From Prevotella sp. (GTDB taxonomy: Bacteria > Bacteroidota > Bacteroidia > Bacteroidales > Bacteroidaceae), in the NCBI GenBank assembly GCA_018053665.1, contig JAGPKZ010000004.1, forward strand, positions 1,463 through 65,462: a stretch of DNA of 64,000 nucleotides, given 5' to 3'. The notes under the pieces were generated by a model, which saw only the letters and a list, made by a program, of their open reading frames with translations, was not told the origin of the DNA and did no database searches. A program made the position numbers and the translations under genes. Below, piece by piece: positions 40,545 through 50,092 of the stretch (the stretch's first letter is position 1; each line of letters starts with the position of its first letter).

Positions 40545-40719
40545 CCTAAAATGTATAAGAACAGACTAACCTACATAAGCTAACACGTTGTATAACAATA
40601 CGTTTGGCAAAAACATGTAGGAAATCGCATTAAAAACTCACAAAAAATATTTTTTTCAATACAGGAAGAGCTTGTTCTTGGTCGACATGTTGCATGTCAA
40701 CATCAAGTTAATAAAATTA

Positions 40720-40751
40720 ATGGGCATCTATTCAAAAGAATAAATGCCCAT
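40720..40751 (-). terminator. Terminator of the rfbC-ugd-DUF4738 operon
   Basis: ATGGGCATCTATTC-AAAA-GAATAAATGCCCAT with a T-rich tail on the minus strand. Confidence 0.75.
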
Positions 40752-40770
40752 ATCTATAACTTTATTGAGT

Positions 40771-41577
40771 TTATATTTTATATTTAATATTTCCGTTAAA
40801 ACCTACAATTATCAAAATCTGATAACTTGTTGGACTATCAGGAATACAGACACTTGCATTAAAGTGAAAACCATCAGTGCCAGCACCAGCATATACTATA
40901 TCACTAAGAATACTCTGTTTAAGCGCTTGAGACGGTACTTGTTTATTGAAATCATCCTTGCGCACGTCATGACTGTATATCTGAGTTGCACCACGGAACA
41001 AGCTTACATGAATAATATTATCGAAATAAACATTGTCAACTTCCACACCATCATCATTATATGTAGGCTTAACAACTTTATAAGTAGTTGGATTAATCTG
41101 TATATACCAATGATAACGATCATTTCCATACACAACAACAGAATCCCTTTTAATGAGTTTATTTTGATTTAAAGCCGCGGGACGCTTTGCACCAAAGAAA
41201 GTCAAATAAGAGCGATCGTAAGTCTTTGCAAGTTTAACAACATCACCATTTTGATTCTTAAACATAAAAAAATGTGGTGCTTGCTTCAAAATTTGATATT
41301 TCACGATGTTTGAGCCATGAAGTATCAATGTATCCTTCACAATTTGGAAATAAACTGGTTGAGAAGTACTATCAGGATAGAAGATAGTATCCCCGATAAT
41401 CCTGAAAGCCGGATCTTCCTCATCTTCATCAAGCCATACGCCCTGAAGCATTTTTTTAGCTGTAAGATCCTCCGACAAGGCCTTTTCAGTATTTGCCTTT
41501 CTATTACCACACGCCACGGTAGTCAATACTATAGCAATAATTGGTAAAACTAGTCTTGTTAAAATTTCTTTTTTCAT
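40771..41577 (-). CDS. DUF4738 family lipoprotein
   Basis: TVAC lipobox; AKKMLQGVW...GDTIFYPDSTSQP...DNVYFDNIIH. Confidence 0.8.
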   Translation of the reverse strand: MKKEILTRLVLPIIAIVLTTVACGNRKANTEKALSEDLTAKKMLQGVWLDEDEEDPAFRIIGDTIFYPDSTSQPVYFQIVKDTLILHGSNIVKYQILKQAPHFFMFKNQNGDVVKLAKTYDRSYLTFFGAKRPAALNQNKLIKRDSVVVYGNDRYHWYIQINPTTYKVVKPTYNDDGVEVDNVYFDNIIHVSLFRGATQIYSHDVRKDDFNKQVPSQALKQSILSDIVYAGAGTDGFHFNASVCIPDSPTSYQILIIVGFNGNIKYKI

Positions 41578-41583
41578 AATGTT

Positions 41584-42933
41584 TTAACGACCTATGCAAT
41601 GATATTCAAATCCGGCATCTGTCAATTCTTCTGAGTCAAAAATATTACGACCGTCAAGCACTAGTTGATTTCTCATAGAACGAGATATTACGTCCCAGCT
41701 AGGCAAGCGGAATTCTTTCCACTCTGTCAACAGCAACAAAGCATCGGCATCAAGTGTAGCCTCATACATATCACGGCAATATTCTATATTATCTGCAAAA
41801 TTAGCAATATTTGTATTATCTTGTGCAATCACAGATATGCGCCTACGACATTCATCCATCGCTACAGGATCATATACTCGCACATGACAACCAGACTTAA
41901 GCAAAAGCGAAAGCATTACCAATGCTGTACTCTCTCGCATATCATCTGTTTCTGGTTTGAACGATAAGCCCCAAACTGCAATGTTTCTGTCTTCAAGCTT
42001 TCCCAAAGAAGATTTAAGTTTCTCAAAAAGGATAGTCTTTTGATGTTCATTCACACGTTCAACAGCCTTCAATACTTCCATTGAATAGCCATTGTTGTCA
42101 GATGTCTTTATCAAAGCTTTCACATCTTTTGGAAAACAACTTCCACCATAACCACATCCAGCATAAAGAAATTTACGACCAATTCTTGTATCTGAACCTA
42201 TACCCTGCCTCACCATATTAACATCCGCGCCTACTAGTTCACAAAGATTAGCTATATCATTCATGAATGATATTCTTGTAGCCAACATTGAATTTGCGGC
42301 ATACTTTGTCATTTCGGCACTTGGAATATCCATGAATATCACACGGAAGTTATTTATAAGGAACGGTTTGTAAAGACGTGTAAGCAATTGTTTAGCCTTA
42401 TCACTTTCAACACCAACGACAACGCGGTCAGGACTCATAAAATCTTTTATCGCATTGCCTTCTTTAAGAAATTCAGGATTGCTGGCAACATCAAACTTTA
42501 CATCAAGTCCTCTCTTATCCAATTCTTCTTGAATTGCTGACCTTACCTTAGCGGCTGTACCTACTGGTACAGTACTCTTGGTAACAACAACAACATATTT
42601 ATTGATATTTTGCCCTATTGTACGAGCAACTTGCAATACATATTTTAGGTCAGCCGAACCGTCTTCATCAGGAGGTGTACCAACTGCAGAGAAAATAATT
42701 TGCTGATCATTAAGAACTTCAGCCAAAGAAGTCGTGAATTTCAAGCGTCCTGCCTTGACGTTCTTTACTACAAGTTCGTCCAGCCCAGGTTCATATATTG
42801 GAATATCACCACGCTGCAGTCTTTCTATTTTGTCCTTATCAACATCAACACAAGTGACAATCGCACCTGTATCAGCAAAACATGTTCCCGATACAAGTCC
42901 AACATATCCAGTTCCAACAACAGCTATATTCAT
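41584..42933 (-). CDS. ugd: UDP-glucose 6-dehydrogenase
   Basis: GTGYVG, KSTVPVGT, SNPEFLKEG, GYGGSCFPKD, FKPETDDMRES. Confidence 0.95.
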   Translation of the reverse strand: MNIAVVGTGYVGLVSGTCFADTGAIVTCVDVDKDKIERLQRGDIPIYEPGLDELVVKNVKAGRLKFTTSLAEVLNDQQIIFSAVGTPPDEDGSADLKYVLQVARTIGQNINKYVVVVTKSTVPVGTAAKVRSAIQEELDKRGLDVKFDVASNPEFLKEGNAIKDFMSPDRVVVGVESDKAKQLLTRLYKPFLINNFRVIFMDIPSAEMTKYAANSMLATRISFMNDIANLCELVGADVNMVRQGIGSDTRIGRKFLYAGCGYGGSCFPKDVKALIKTSDNNGYSMEVLKAVERVNEHQKTILFEKLKSSLGKLEDRNIAVWGLSFKPETDDMRESTALVMLSLLLKSGCHVRVYDPVAMDECRRRISVIAQDNTNIANFADNIEYCRDMYEATLDADALLLLTEWKEFRLPSWDVISRSMRNQLVLDGRNIFDSEELTDAGFEYHCIGR

Positions 42934-42944
42934 AATGAGAATTA

Positions 42945-43493
42945 TTAGTCAAACAATTCAGCATCCTTCAAAGAAGAAGCCTTCAAATCCTTTTCAGACG
43001 TAACGACATCTTTAGTAGCAATAGGCCACTGAATGTTTATATCCTCGTCATTCCAACGAATACTAGCTTCATGCTGAGGAGCATAAGTATTGTCAACTTT
43101 ATATGTAAAAACAGCTTCTTCACTAAGTACCAAAAAGCCATGTGCAAAACCACGTGGGATAAAGAATTGGCGCTTATTCTCATCAGAAAGTTCAACCATT
43201 ACATGCTTTCCAAAAGTAGGGCTGCTCTTGCGTATATCTACAGCAACATCAATCACCTTTCCTTTTATAACACGCACCAATTTAGCTTGAGAATATTTTT
43301 CTTTCTGATAATGGAGTCCTCTCAGCACACCATAAGATGATTTAGATTCATTGTCTTGTATGAAATCAACCTTTCCTACATGTTCCTCAAAATCTTCCTT
43401 CTTCCATGCTTCAAAGAAATAGCCACGGTCATCATTAAACACACGAGGTTCTAAAATATAGACACCGTCTATTTCTGTTTTTCTATAATCCAT
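42945..43493 (-). CDS. rfbC: dTDP-4-dehydrorhamnose 3,5-epimerase
   Basis: DDRGYFFE, QDNESKS, LRGLHYQ, PRGFAHGF. Confidence 0.97.
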   Translation of the reverse strand: MDYRKTEIDGVYILEPRVFNDDRGYFFEAWKKEDFEEHVGKVDFIQDNESKSSYGVLRGLHYQKEKYSQAKLVRVIKGKVIDVAVDIRKSSPTFGKHVMVELSDENKRQFFIPRGFAHGFLVLSEEAVFTYKVDNTYAPQHEASIRWNDEDINIQWPIATKDVVTSEKDLKASSLKDAELFD

Positions 43494-43567
43494 ACTATCT
43501 AAATATACTTATATAAAAAGGCGAACAAGTACACACAAATCATACTGAACACCACAATAATTCAAAT

Positions 43568-43712
43568 CAAAGATAATGCAAACTAGAGCAGAATCATAAA
43601 GCCATACTGGATTATTCCAAGTGTAGCATATCTTGTGCAAAGATAATGTAAGTTAATAGAAGAACAAAATAAAATCAGAAGTTTTTTGTTTTTTTATCCT
43701 GAAATGCAGTCT
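43568..43712. repeat. Two degenerate tandem units beginning CAAAGATAATG (70-bp period)
   Basis: CAAAGATAATG at 43568 and 43638; each unit ends near TGYAG; related to 16058-16166. Confidence 0.55.
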
Positions 43713-43901
43713 GCAATCTCTTATAACATTGCTAATAAGCAATAAAAAATAACGTAAATATCAAGCATAATACATCAATAACAAACACAAAACATTTTTC
43801 CCAATATAACAAATAAATATGACTTTACAAAACAAAAACAACAAAAAAAATATTTGAGATTATTTTTTGCATAAAAGCTTTGAATGTTGAAATAAAAATA
43901 T

Positions 43902-43909
43902 TAATTTTG
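43902..43909 (+). promoter_or_regulatory. -7 promoter box (TAATTTTG) for the SPOR gene
   Basis: TAnnTTTG 5 nt before the GTG at 43915. Confidence 0.55.
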
Positions 43910-43914
43910 CAAAC

Positions 43915-44946
43915 GTGATAGAACTAGAAAGACATATAGAAATCTTGTTGCTTAACAATGATTGTGTTATCATCCCTAATTTCGGAGGATTTATGGCGCA
44001 TTATTGTGAAGCACACTATGATATTAGGGATAATTCATTCCTACCACCTACACGTTCTATAGGTTTCAACCCTCAGTTAAAAATCAACGATTCACTTCTT
44101 GCACAATCTTATGTGGAGGCTTATGACATTAGCTATCCAGAGGCCGTTCGTAGAATTGAGAAAGAAACTGACGAAATGAAGCAAATTCTTGACAACGATG
44201 GTTATTTCGAACTTACAGATATCGGAACTCTAAAAATCAGTCAAGAAGGACGTTATACTTTTGAACCTTGTGAAGCTGGACTTTTAACACCAAATCTCTA
44301 TGGATTGGGAAGTTTCCAAATGCCCGTTTTAACTTTATCCGAAGATGAAGATAATAAGTCTGAAGAAGTAGAAGTTAATGCCCTGCAAAGCTCAACTAAG
44401 ATATTAGACTTTTACACAGATACAGAGGAAGAAGAAAAGACATACACTATTCGCAGGAGTATTGTACGTAACATCGCTGTAGCCTGTATTGCTTTATTTG
44501 CATTCTTGCTAATACCGTCTTCTCTTGGGAATGGAGAAATGGCTTCTATGTCAGGAAGCAAAATAGATACTGAATTACTTACTCGTATCATGCCTAAAGA
44601 TATTACTGTAGGCAATGCTGAGCACGAAATAACAAAAGCTTTGACCATAAAAGAAAAGGTCACAAAAGGAAGCAACACTTCAAGTTTCTCTAGGGAAAGT
44701 GTAGACAAGAATAAATCTTCATATTATTGTATAGTCCTTGCTAGTCGTGTAGCAAAGAGTAATGCAGCTGAATACGTAGAAAAACTACATAAAAGAGGAT
44801 ATAGCGAAGCCGAAGTCCTTTCCAGAAACAGTGGCAACAAAGTTATTTACGGCGAATATCAGTCTAAAGAAGACGCGAGAAAGGCTTTAAACAAACTCAA
44901 TGACAAGGCAGATTTTGCTGATTGTTGGGTAATGCATATTAAATAA
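43915..44946 (+). CDS. HU-CCDC81-like/SPOR domain membrane protein
   Basis: LLLNNDCVIIPNFGGF N-terminus, one TM segment, C-terminal SPOR (YCIVLAS...WVMHIK). Confidence 0.85.
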   Translation: MIELERHIEILLLNNDCVIIPNFGGFMAHYCEAHYDIRDNSFLPPTRSIGFNPQLKINDSLLAQSYVEAYDISYPEAVRRIEKETDEMKQILDNDGYFELTDIGTLKISQEGRYTFEPCEAGLLTPNLYGLGSFQMPVLTLSEDEDNKSEEVEVNALQSSTKILDFYTDTEEEEKTYTIRRSIVRNIAVACIALFAFLLIPSSLGNGEMASMSGSKIDTELLTRIMPKDITVGNAEHEITKALTIKEKVTKGSNTSSFSRESVDKNKSSYYCIVLASRVAKSNAAEYVEKLHKRGYSEAEVLSRNSGNKVIYGEYQSKEDARKALNKLNDKADFADCWVMHIK

Positions 44947-44958
44947 CTATTTTAAATT

Positions 44959-45486
44959 ATGAAACGAGTACGTTGTCCAAAATGTGATAATTTTATCACT
45001 TTTGACGAGACTAAATATGAACAAGGACAGTCATTGGTATTTGAATGTCCTGAATGTGGAAAGCAATTTGGCATACGTATAGGTGTTTCAAAACTTCGTA
45101 ACACTCAAAAGGAAGAAAAAATAGATGAGCAGTCAAACGAAAAGGGTTGTGGATCTATTGTCGTAATTGAAAATGTATTTCATTACAAACAGGTAATTCC
45201 TTTGCAGATGGGCGATAACATAATTGGACGATATATGAAGAACAGTGGTGTAAACTGCGCTATTGAAACCAATGACCCAAGTATCGACATCAATCATTGC
45301 ATAATAAATGTTTGTCACGATAAAAAAGGCAAACTTAAATATGTACTTCGTGACGGTCCTAGTTACACAGGAACATTTGTAGACAACGAGATATTAGGAA
45401 ACCGTGAACGCCGCGTAATCGAAGACGGTTCTCTATTCACTATCGGTGCAACCAGTATTATCTTAAGAGAAGCCGGCAAAGATTGA
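44959..45486 (+). CDS. Zinc-ribbon plus FHA domain protein
   Basis: CPKC...CPEC; IIGR...HC...D..SYTGTFV FHA pattern. Confidence 0.85.
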   Translation: MKRVRCPKCDNFITFDETKYEQGQSLVFECPECGKQFGIRIGVSKLRNTQKEEKIDEQSNEKGCGSIVVIENVFHYKQVIPLQMGDNIIGRYMKNSGVNCAIETNDPSIDINHCIINVCHDKKGKLKYVLRDGPSYTGTFVDNEILGNRERRVIEDGSLFTIGATSIILREAGKD

Positions 45487-45607
45487 TATTTTCCGTATTT
45501 TCATATACGATGCGCCCATATTACATTCTTAATTGACATAAAAATCGCATAAATTACAGATTAATAAAAAATCACGTTGCATGTTCTTTTTTCTTAATTA
45601 AAATATC

Positions 45608-45615
45608 TATCTTTG
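45608..45615 (+). promoter_or_regulatory. -7 promoter box (TATCTTTG) for the purU-his operon
   Basis: Matches TAnnTTTG. Confidence 0.6.
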
Positions 45616-45664
45616 CAATTGTAAAGGATATATCGAAATTAAGTATCAATTTGAAAGATTTAGA

Positions 45665-46528
45665 ATGAAACCGACAGCTATATTGCTCCTCCATTGTCCT
45701 GACGAGCAGGGCATAATCAGCGAAATCACCAAGTTTATCACAGATAATCATGGCAATATTGTATATCTTGATCAATATGTTGACAGAGAGGACGGCATGT
45801 TTTTCATGCGTCTTGAATGGGAACTAGAAAAGTTCACCATTCCAAGAGAAAAGATTGAAGATATTATTTCCACTTTGTATGCAAAGAGATATAATATGGA
45901 TTTCAATCTTTACTTTAACGATGATAAACCACGTATGGCTATTTTCGTAAGCAAAATGAGTCATTGTCTATATGATCTTTTGGCAAGATACAAAGCTGGA
46001 GAATGGAATGTAGACATTCCTTGCATCGTTAGCAATCACGAAAATTTGAGATATGTAGCAGAGCAATTCGACATACCTTATTACGTATGGTCAATAAAGA
46101 AAGACCATAGCAATAAAGCTGAAGTTGAAGCTGCCGAAATGGAACTTTTAAAGAAGGAAAAGGTTACATTTATAGTTCTAGCACGCTACATGCAGATAAT
46201 AAGTGATGAGATTATCAACAGCTACCCTAACCATATTATCAACATACACCATTCGTTCTTACCAGCTTTTGTTGGAGCAAAACCATACCACCAAGCATGG
46301 GAGCGCGGTGTGAAGATTATAGGTGCAACAAGTCATTATGTCACAGCTGAGCTTGATGCTGGTCCAATTATTGATCAGGATGTAACTCGTATTAGCCATA
46401 AGGACACACCAGAAAGTTTGGTTTTAAAAGGAAAGGATCTAGAAAAGATTGTACTTAGTCGTGCCGTAACCAAACATATAGAACGCAAGATTCTGACATA
46501 TCATAACAAAACGATTATATTCTCATAA
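45665..46528 (+). CDS. purU: Formyltetrahydrofolate deformylase
   Basis: N-terminal ACT (CPDEQGI), LARYMQI, NIHHSFLPAF, LDAGPII. Confidence 0.97.
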   Translation: MKPTAILLLHCPDEQGIISEITKFITDNHGNIVYLDQYVDREDGMFFMRLEWELEKFTIPREKIEDIISTLYAKRYNMDFNLYFNDDKPRMAIFVSKMSHCLYDLLARYKAGEWNVDIPCIVSNHENLRYVAEQFDIPYYVWSIKKDHSNKAEVEAAEMELLKKEKVTFIVLARYMQIISDEIINSYPNHIINIHHSFLPAFVGAKPYHQAWERGVKIIGATSHYVTAELDAGPIIDQDVTRISHKDTPESLVLKGKDLEKIVLSRAVTKHIERKILTYHNKTIIFS

Positions 46529-46535
46529 TTATAGA

Positions 46536-47144
46536 ATGAACGTTGCGATCGTAAAATACAATGCCGGTAACATCTATTCTGTCGTAAATGCAATAAAAAG
46601 ATTAGGAATAACACCTACTCTAACAGACAGTGCAGATGAACTGCAAAAGGCTGACAAAGTGATATTCCCAGGACAGGGAAATGCACTTGAGGCTATGACA
46701 TATTTAAAAGCACACGGACTAGACCAGGTGATAAAAAACCTCAGACAGCCCGTTCTTGGCATTTGTGTAGGTCAGCAACTATTATGCCGTCACTCCGAAG
46801 AAGGTGATGTTGACTGCATTGGCATCTTTGATGTCGATGTAAAGAGATTCAAGCCAACGAATCATGAGGATAAGGTACCAGCTATGGGATGGGAAGAAAT
46901 ATATATGCGCGAAGAAACAGACAATGCAGCAAGAATGTTACTGAAAGATTTGGGGAAACATCCCTACGTCTATTTCGTACACAGCTACTATGTTCCTATT
47001 TGTGAAAACACCATAGCAACCGCAGACTACATACTACCCTACTCAGCTTGCATGCACAAAGATAATTTCTACACATGCCAGTTTCATCCTGAAAAGAGCG
47101 GAGATATCGGAGAACAGATCTTGAAGAACTTTCTTAAAATGTAA
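46536..47144 (+). CDS. hisH: Imidazole glycerol phosphate synthase, glutaminase subunit
   Basis: LGICVGQQ, YFVHSY, QFHPEKS. Confidence 0.96.
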   Translation: MNVAIVKYNAGNIYSVVNAIKRLGITPTLTDSADELQKADKVIFPGQGNALEAMTYLKAHGLDQVIKNLRQPVLGICVGQQLLCRHSEEGDVDCIGIFDVDVKRFKPTNHEDKVPAMGWEEIYMREETDNAARMLLKDLGKHPYVYFVHSYYVPICENTIATADYILPYSACMHKDNFYTCQFHPEKSGDIGEQILKNFLKM

Positions 47145-47156
47145 CAACCCGACTTT

Positions 47157-47873
47157 ATGAATATAGAACTCATACCAGCAATAGACATAATAAATGGACA
47201 ATGCGTCCGACTCACCAAAGGTGACTACAACCAGAAGAAGGTTTATAATAATAACCCTGTTGAGGTTGCCATTCATTTTGAAGAGTTGGGATTCAAGCGT
47301 CTTCATGTCGTTGATTTGGACGGAGCAAAATCTAAGCATATCGTTAATGATGGCGTTTTGAAGGAAATAACAAAGGCTACAAATTTAACTGTTGACTTTG
47401 GTGGTGGAATCAAGACAAAGAATGATATTGAGAAAGCCTTTGAAGCCGGAGCCAGCATGGTGACCATAGGAAGTGTTGCTGTTACAAACCGACAACTATT
47501 TCTTGAATGGATAGAGATGTACGGTGCAGAAAGACTTATTCTTGGAGCTGATGTAAGAAACGGAAAGATTTCAATCAATGGTTGGAAAGAAGATTCTTCT
47601 GAAGAACTTCTACCATTTCTGAAACAATATGTTGACAAAGGCGTGAGAAATGTATTATGCACTGAGATAAGCAAAGACGGAACTTTGCAAGGTCCTGCCA
47701 CAAATTTATACAAGGACATTATGAAAGCCTATCCACAATTGCATCTCATAGCAAGCGGAGGTGTTTCATCTAACGAAGACATTACTGACTTGAATAATGC
47801 AGGAATACCTGCTGTAGTATTTGGTAAAGCCTTCTATGAAGGTAAAATAGATATAAAGTCATTGGCTATATGA
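47157..47873 (+). CDS. hisA: ProFAR isomerase
   Basis: [32 protein letters not shown]. Confidence 0.96.
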   Translation: MNIELIPAIDIINGQCVRLTKGDYNQKKVYNNNPVEVAIHFEELGFKRLHVVDLDGAKSKHIVNDGVLKEITKATNLTVDFGGGIKTKNDIEKAFEAGASMVTIGSVAVTNRQLFLEWIEMYGAERLILGADVRNGKISINGWKEDSSEELLPFLKQYVDKGVRNVLCTEISKDGTLQGPATNLYKDIMKAYPQLHLIASGGVSSNEDITDLNNAGIPAVVFGKAFYEGKIDIKSLAI

Positions 47874-48631
47874 AAGGACTAGCTAAACGCATCATCCCGT
47901 GTCTTGACGTAAAAAATGGAGAGACTGTAAAGGGAACAAACTTCATTAATCTGCGAAGTGCCGGAGATCCTGTTGAACTAGGTAAGGCTTACAGCAAAGC
48001 TGGAGCCGACGAACTAGTATTTCTTGACATTACAGCAAGTTATGAAGGAAGAAAAACATTTACCGACATGGTTACAAGAGTTGCCAAAGAGATAAATATT
48101 CCTTTCACTGTCGGCGGCGGTATCAATGAACTAAAAGATGTTGCAAGATTGCTGAATGCAGGTGCAGACAAAGTTAGCATAAACAGTTCTGCATTAAGAA
48201 ATCCAGCACTTATAAATGAGATTTCAAGCCATTACGGTTCTCAGGTCTGTGTATGCGCCATTGACGCACGTCTTGACGAAGACGGATGGCATTGTTATGC
48301 TAAAGGTGGAAGAGAACGCACAGACAGGGGCTTGTTCGAATGGGCTAAGGAAGTCGCTGACCGTGGAGCTGGAGAAATACTATTCACGAGTATGAACCAT
48401 GATGGAGTGAAACAAGGATTTGCCAACGAAGCCTTAGCTAGACTTTCAGAAGAAGTCAGCATACCAGTCATAGCAAGCGGCGGAGCTGGATCAAAAGAGC
48501 ATTTCAAGGATGCGTTCACAATTGGCAAAGCAGATGCAGCATTGGCAGCAAGTGTATTTCACTTCGGAGAAATAAAGATTTCTGATTTAAAAGATTACCT
48601 TTGCAAAGAAGGTATTAACGTAAGAATATAA
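47870..48631 (+). CDS. hisF: Imidazole glycerol phosphate synthase, cyclase subunit
   Basis: [30 protein letters not shown]. Confidence 0.97.
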   Translation: MKGLAKRIIPCLDVKNGETVKGTNFINLRSAGDPVELGKAYSKAGADELVFLDITASYEGRKTFTDMVTRVAKEINIPFTVGGGINELKDVARLLNAGADKVSINSSALRNPALINEISSHYGSQVCVCAIDARLDEDGWHCYAKGGRERTDRGLFEWAKEVADRGAGEILFTSMNHDGVKQGFANEALARLSEEVSIPVIASGGAGSKEHFKDAFTIGKADAALAASVFHFGEIKISDLKDYLCKEGINVRI

Positions 48632-48641
48632 CAGATTGATT

Positions 48642-49289
48642 ATGAATATTGATTTCGATAAAATGAATGGTCTTGTACCGGCAATCATTCAGGATGCCGT
48701 TACCAAAAATGTACTCATGCTTGGATACATGAACGAAGAGGCCTACAACAAGACTATAGAAACTAAAAAGGTTACTTTTTGGAGTCGCTCTCGCAATTGT
48801 CTTTGGACAAAAGGTGAAACTAGTGGCAATTTTCTTAATCTTGTCAATATTAAAATTGATTGTGACAACGATACCCTACTGGTACGTGTTCATCCAGATG
48901 GTCCTACATGCCATAAGGGAACAGATACCTGTTGGGCTGAAGAAAACGATTATAACCCTATACACTTTCTTAGTGAATTACAGGACTTTATAAACAAACG
49001 ACACGAAGAAATGCCTGAAGGCAGCTACACAACAAGTTTGTTTAATAAGGGAGTAAACAGAATGGCTCAGAAAGTTGGTGAGGAAGCTCTCGAAACTGTT
49101 ATTGAGGCTACAGCTGGCACTGACGATAAAATGATTTACGAGGCATCAGACATGCTTTATCATCTCATCGTATTGCTGTCAAGCAAGGGATTGAGAATAG
49201 AAGATGTTGCTATGGAACTGCTCAAACGTCATAACCCTGATTGGGACAAGGCGCGCAGAATAGCAAAAAGTAAAGGTGAAATGGAATAA
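48642..49289 (+). CDS. hisIE: Bifunctional phosphoribosyl-AMP cyclohydrolase/phosphoribosyl-ATP pyrophosphatase
   Basis: WTKGETSGN, DCDND, CHKGTDTC, KVGEEA; ATG at 48642. Confidence 0.96.
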   Translation: MNIDFDKMNGLVPAIIQDAVTKNVLMLGYMNEEAYNKTIETKKVTFWSRSRNCLWTKGETSGNFLNLVNIKIDCDNDTLLVRVHPDGPTCHKGTDTCWAEENDYNPIHFLSELQDFINKRHEEMPEGSYTTSLFNKGVNRMAQKVGEEALETVIEATAGTDDKMIYEASDMLYHLIVLLSSKGLRIEDVAMELLKRHNPDWDKARRIAKSKGEME

Positions 49290-49318
49290 TACAACAAGAT
49301 TAACAAAGACATTTTAGT

Positions 49319-50047
49319 ATGAGTTTGATTAATTATAACAACGTTGATGTGTACCAAGGCGAAAGCTTGATACTAAAAGATGTAAACTTTCATGTAGATG
49401 AAGGTGAATTTATATATATAATAGGTAAAGTTGGTTCTGGTAAGAGCAGTCTTCTAAAGACTTTTTACTGTGAACTTGATGTTTACGATGACAAAGAAGA
49501 ACAGCAAGCTGAAGTCCTCGATCGTAACCTGATAACTCTGAAAAGACGTGAAATACCTGCTCTAAGAAAAGAAATGGGAATTATCTTTCAGGACTTTAAA
49601 CTTCTCAATGACCGCACGGTAAGAAAGAATCTAGAGTTTGTCTTACGTTCAACAGGATGGAAAGACAAGAAAGAAATCTGTGAACGCATAGAAAGCGTAT
49701 TGAAAGATGTAGGCATGCTTGACAAGATAGATAAACTACCACATGAGCTTTCTGGTGGAGAACAACAGCGTATTGCAATAGCAAGAGCGATTCTGAACAA
49801 GCCAAAAATAATTATTGCCGACGAACCAACTGGCAATCTTGACCCAGAGACAGCTAGCAACATCATTAGCCTGCTGAAGGACATCACAAGCACAGGTACA
49901 GCCGTGGTAATGTCTACGCATAACATCCCTATGCTTGACAAATTTCCTGGTATTGTTTACAGATGCAAAGATGCAGAAATAAAAGACGTCACAACAGAAT
50001 ATAATCATATCGATTTAAGTGAGGATGCTGCCGAAAGCGACTCATAA
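49319..50047 (+). CDS. ftsE: FtsE-like ABC ATP-binding protein
   Basis: GKVGSGKS, IFQDFKLL, LSGGEQQR, ADEPTGNLD; usual Bacteroidales hisIE-ftsE-lysC context. Confidence 0.8.
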   Translation: MSLINYNNVDVYQGESLILKDVNFHVDEGEFIYIIGKVGSGKSSLLKTFYCELDVYDDKEEQQAEVLDRNLITLKRREIPALRKEMGIIFQDFKLLNDRTVRKNLEFVLRSTGWKDKKEICERIESVLKDVGMLDKIDKLPHELSGGEQQRIAIARAILNKPKIIIADEPTGNLDPETASNIISLLKDITSTGTAVVMSTHNIPMLDKFPGIVYRCKDAEIKDVTTEYNHIDLSEDAAESDS

Positions 50048-50092
50048 ATACCTATATAAAAGACATTAACATCGAAACTAAATATTACTATT

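Larger units (their letters stand above)
39985..40656. mobile_element. Second ORF-less element with mirrored CCTACAT/ATGTAGG repeat modules (putative non-autonomous element)
   Basis: Left module 40001-40101 and right module 40509-40656 face outward with the same repeat; internal palindrome doublet; mobility is inferred. Confidence 0.5.

Noticed and set aside
41584-43493. rfbC-ugd as part of a capsule or O-antigen locus with an invertible promoter
   Set aside because: No flippase, polymerase, UpxY or recombinase nearby, and no clean inverted repeats flanking the promoter.
49319-50047. ftsE without an adjacent ftsX, and the split his operon
   Set aside because: This is the ordinary arrangement in Bacteroidales.
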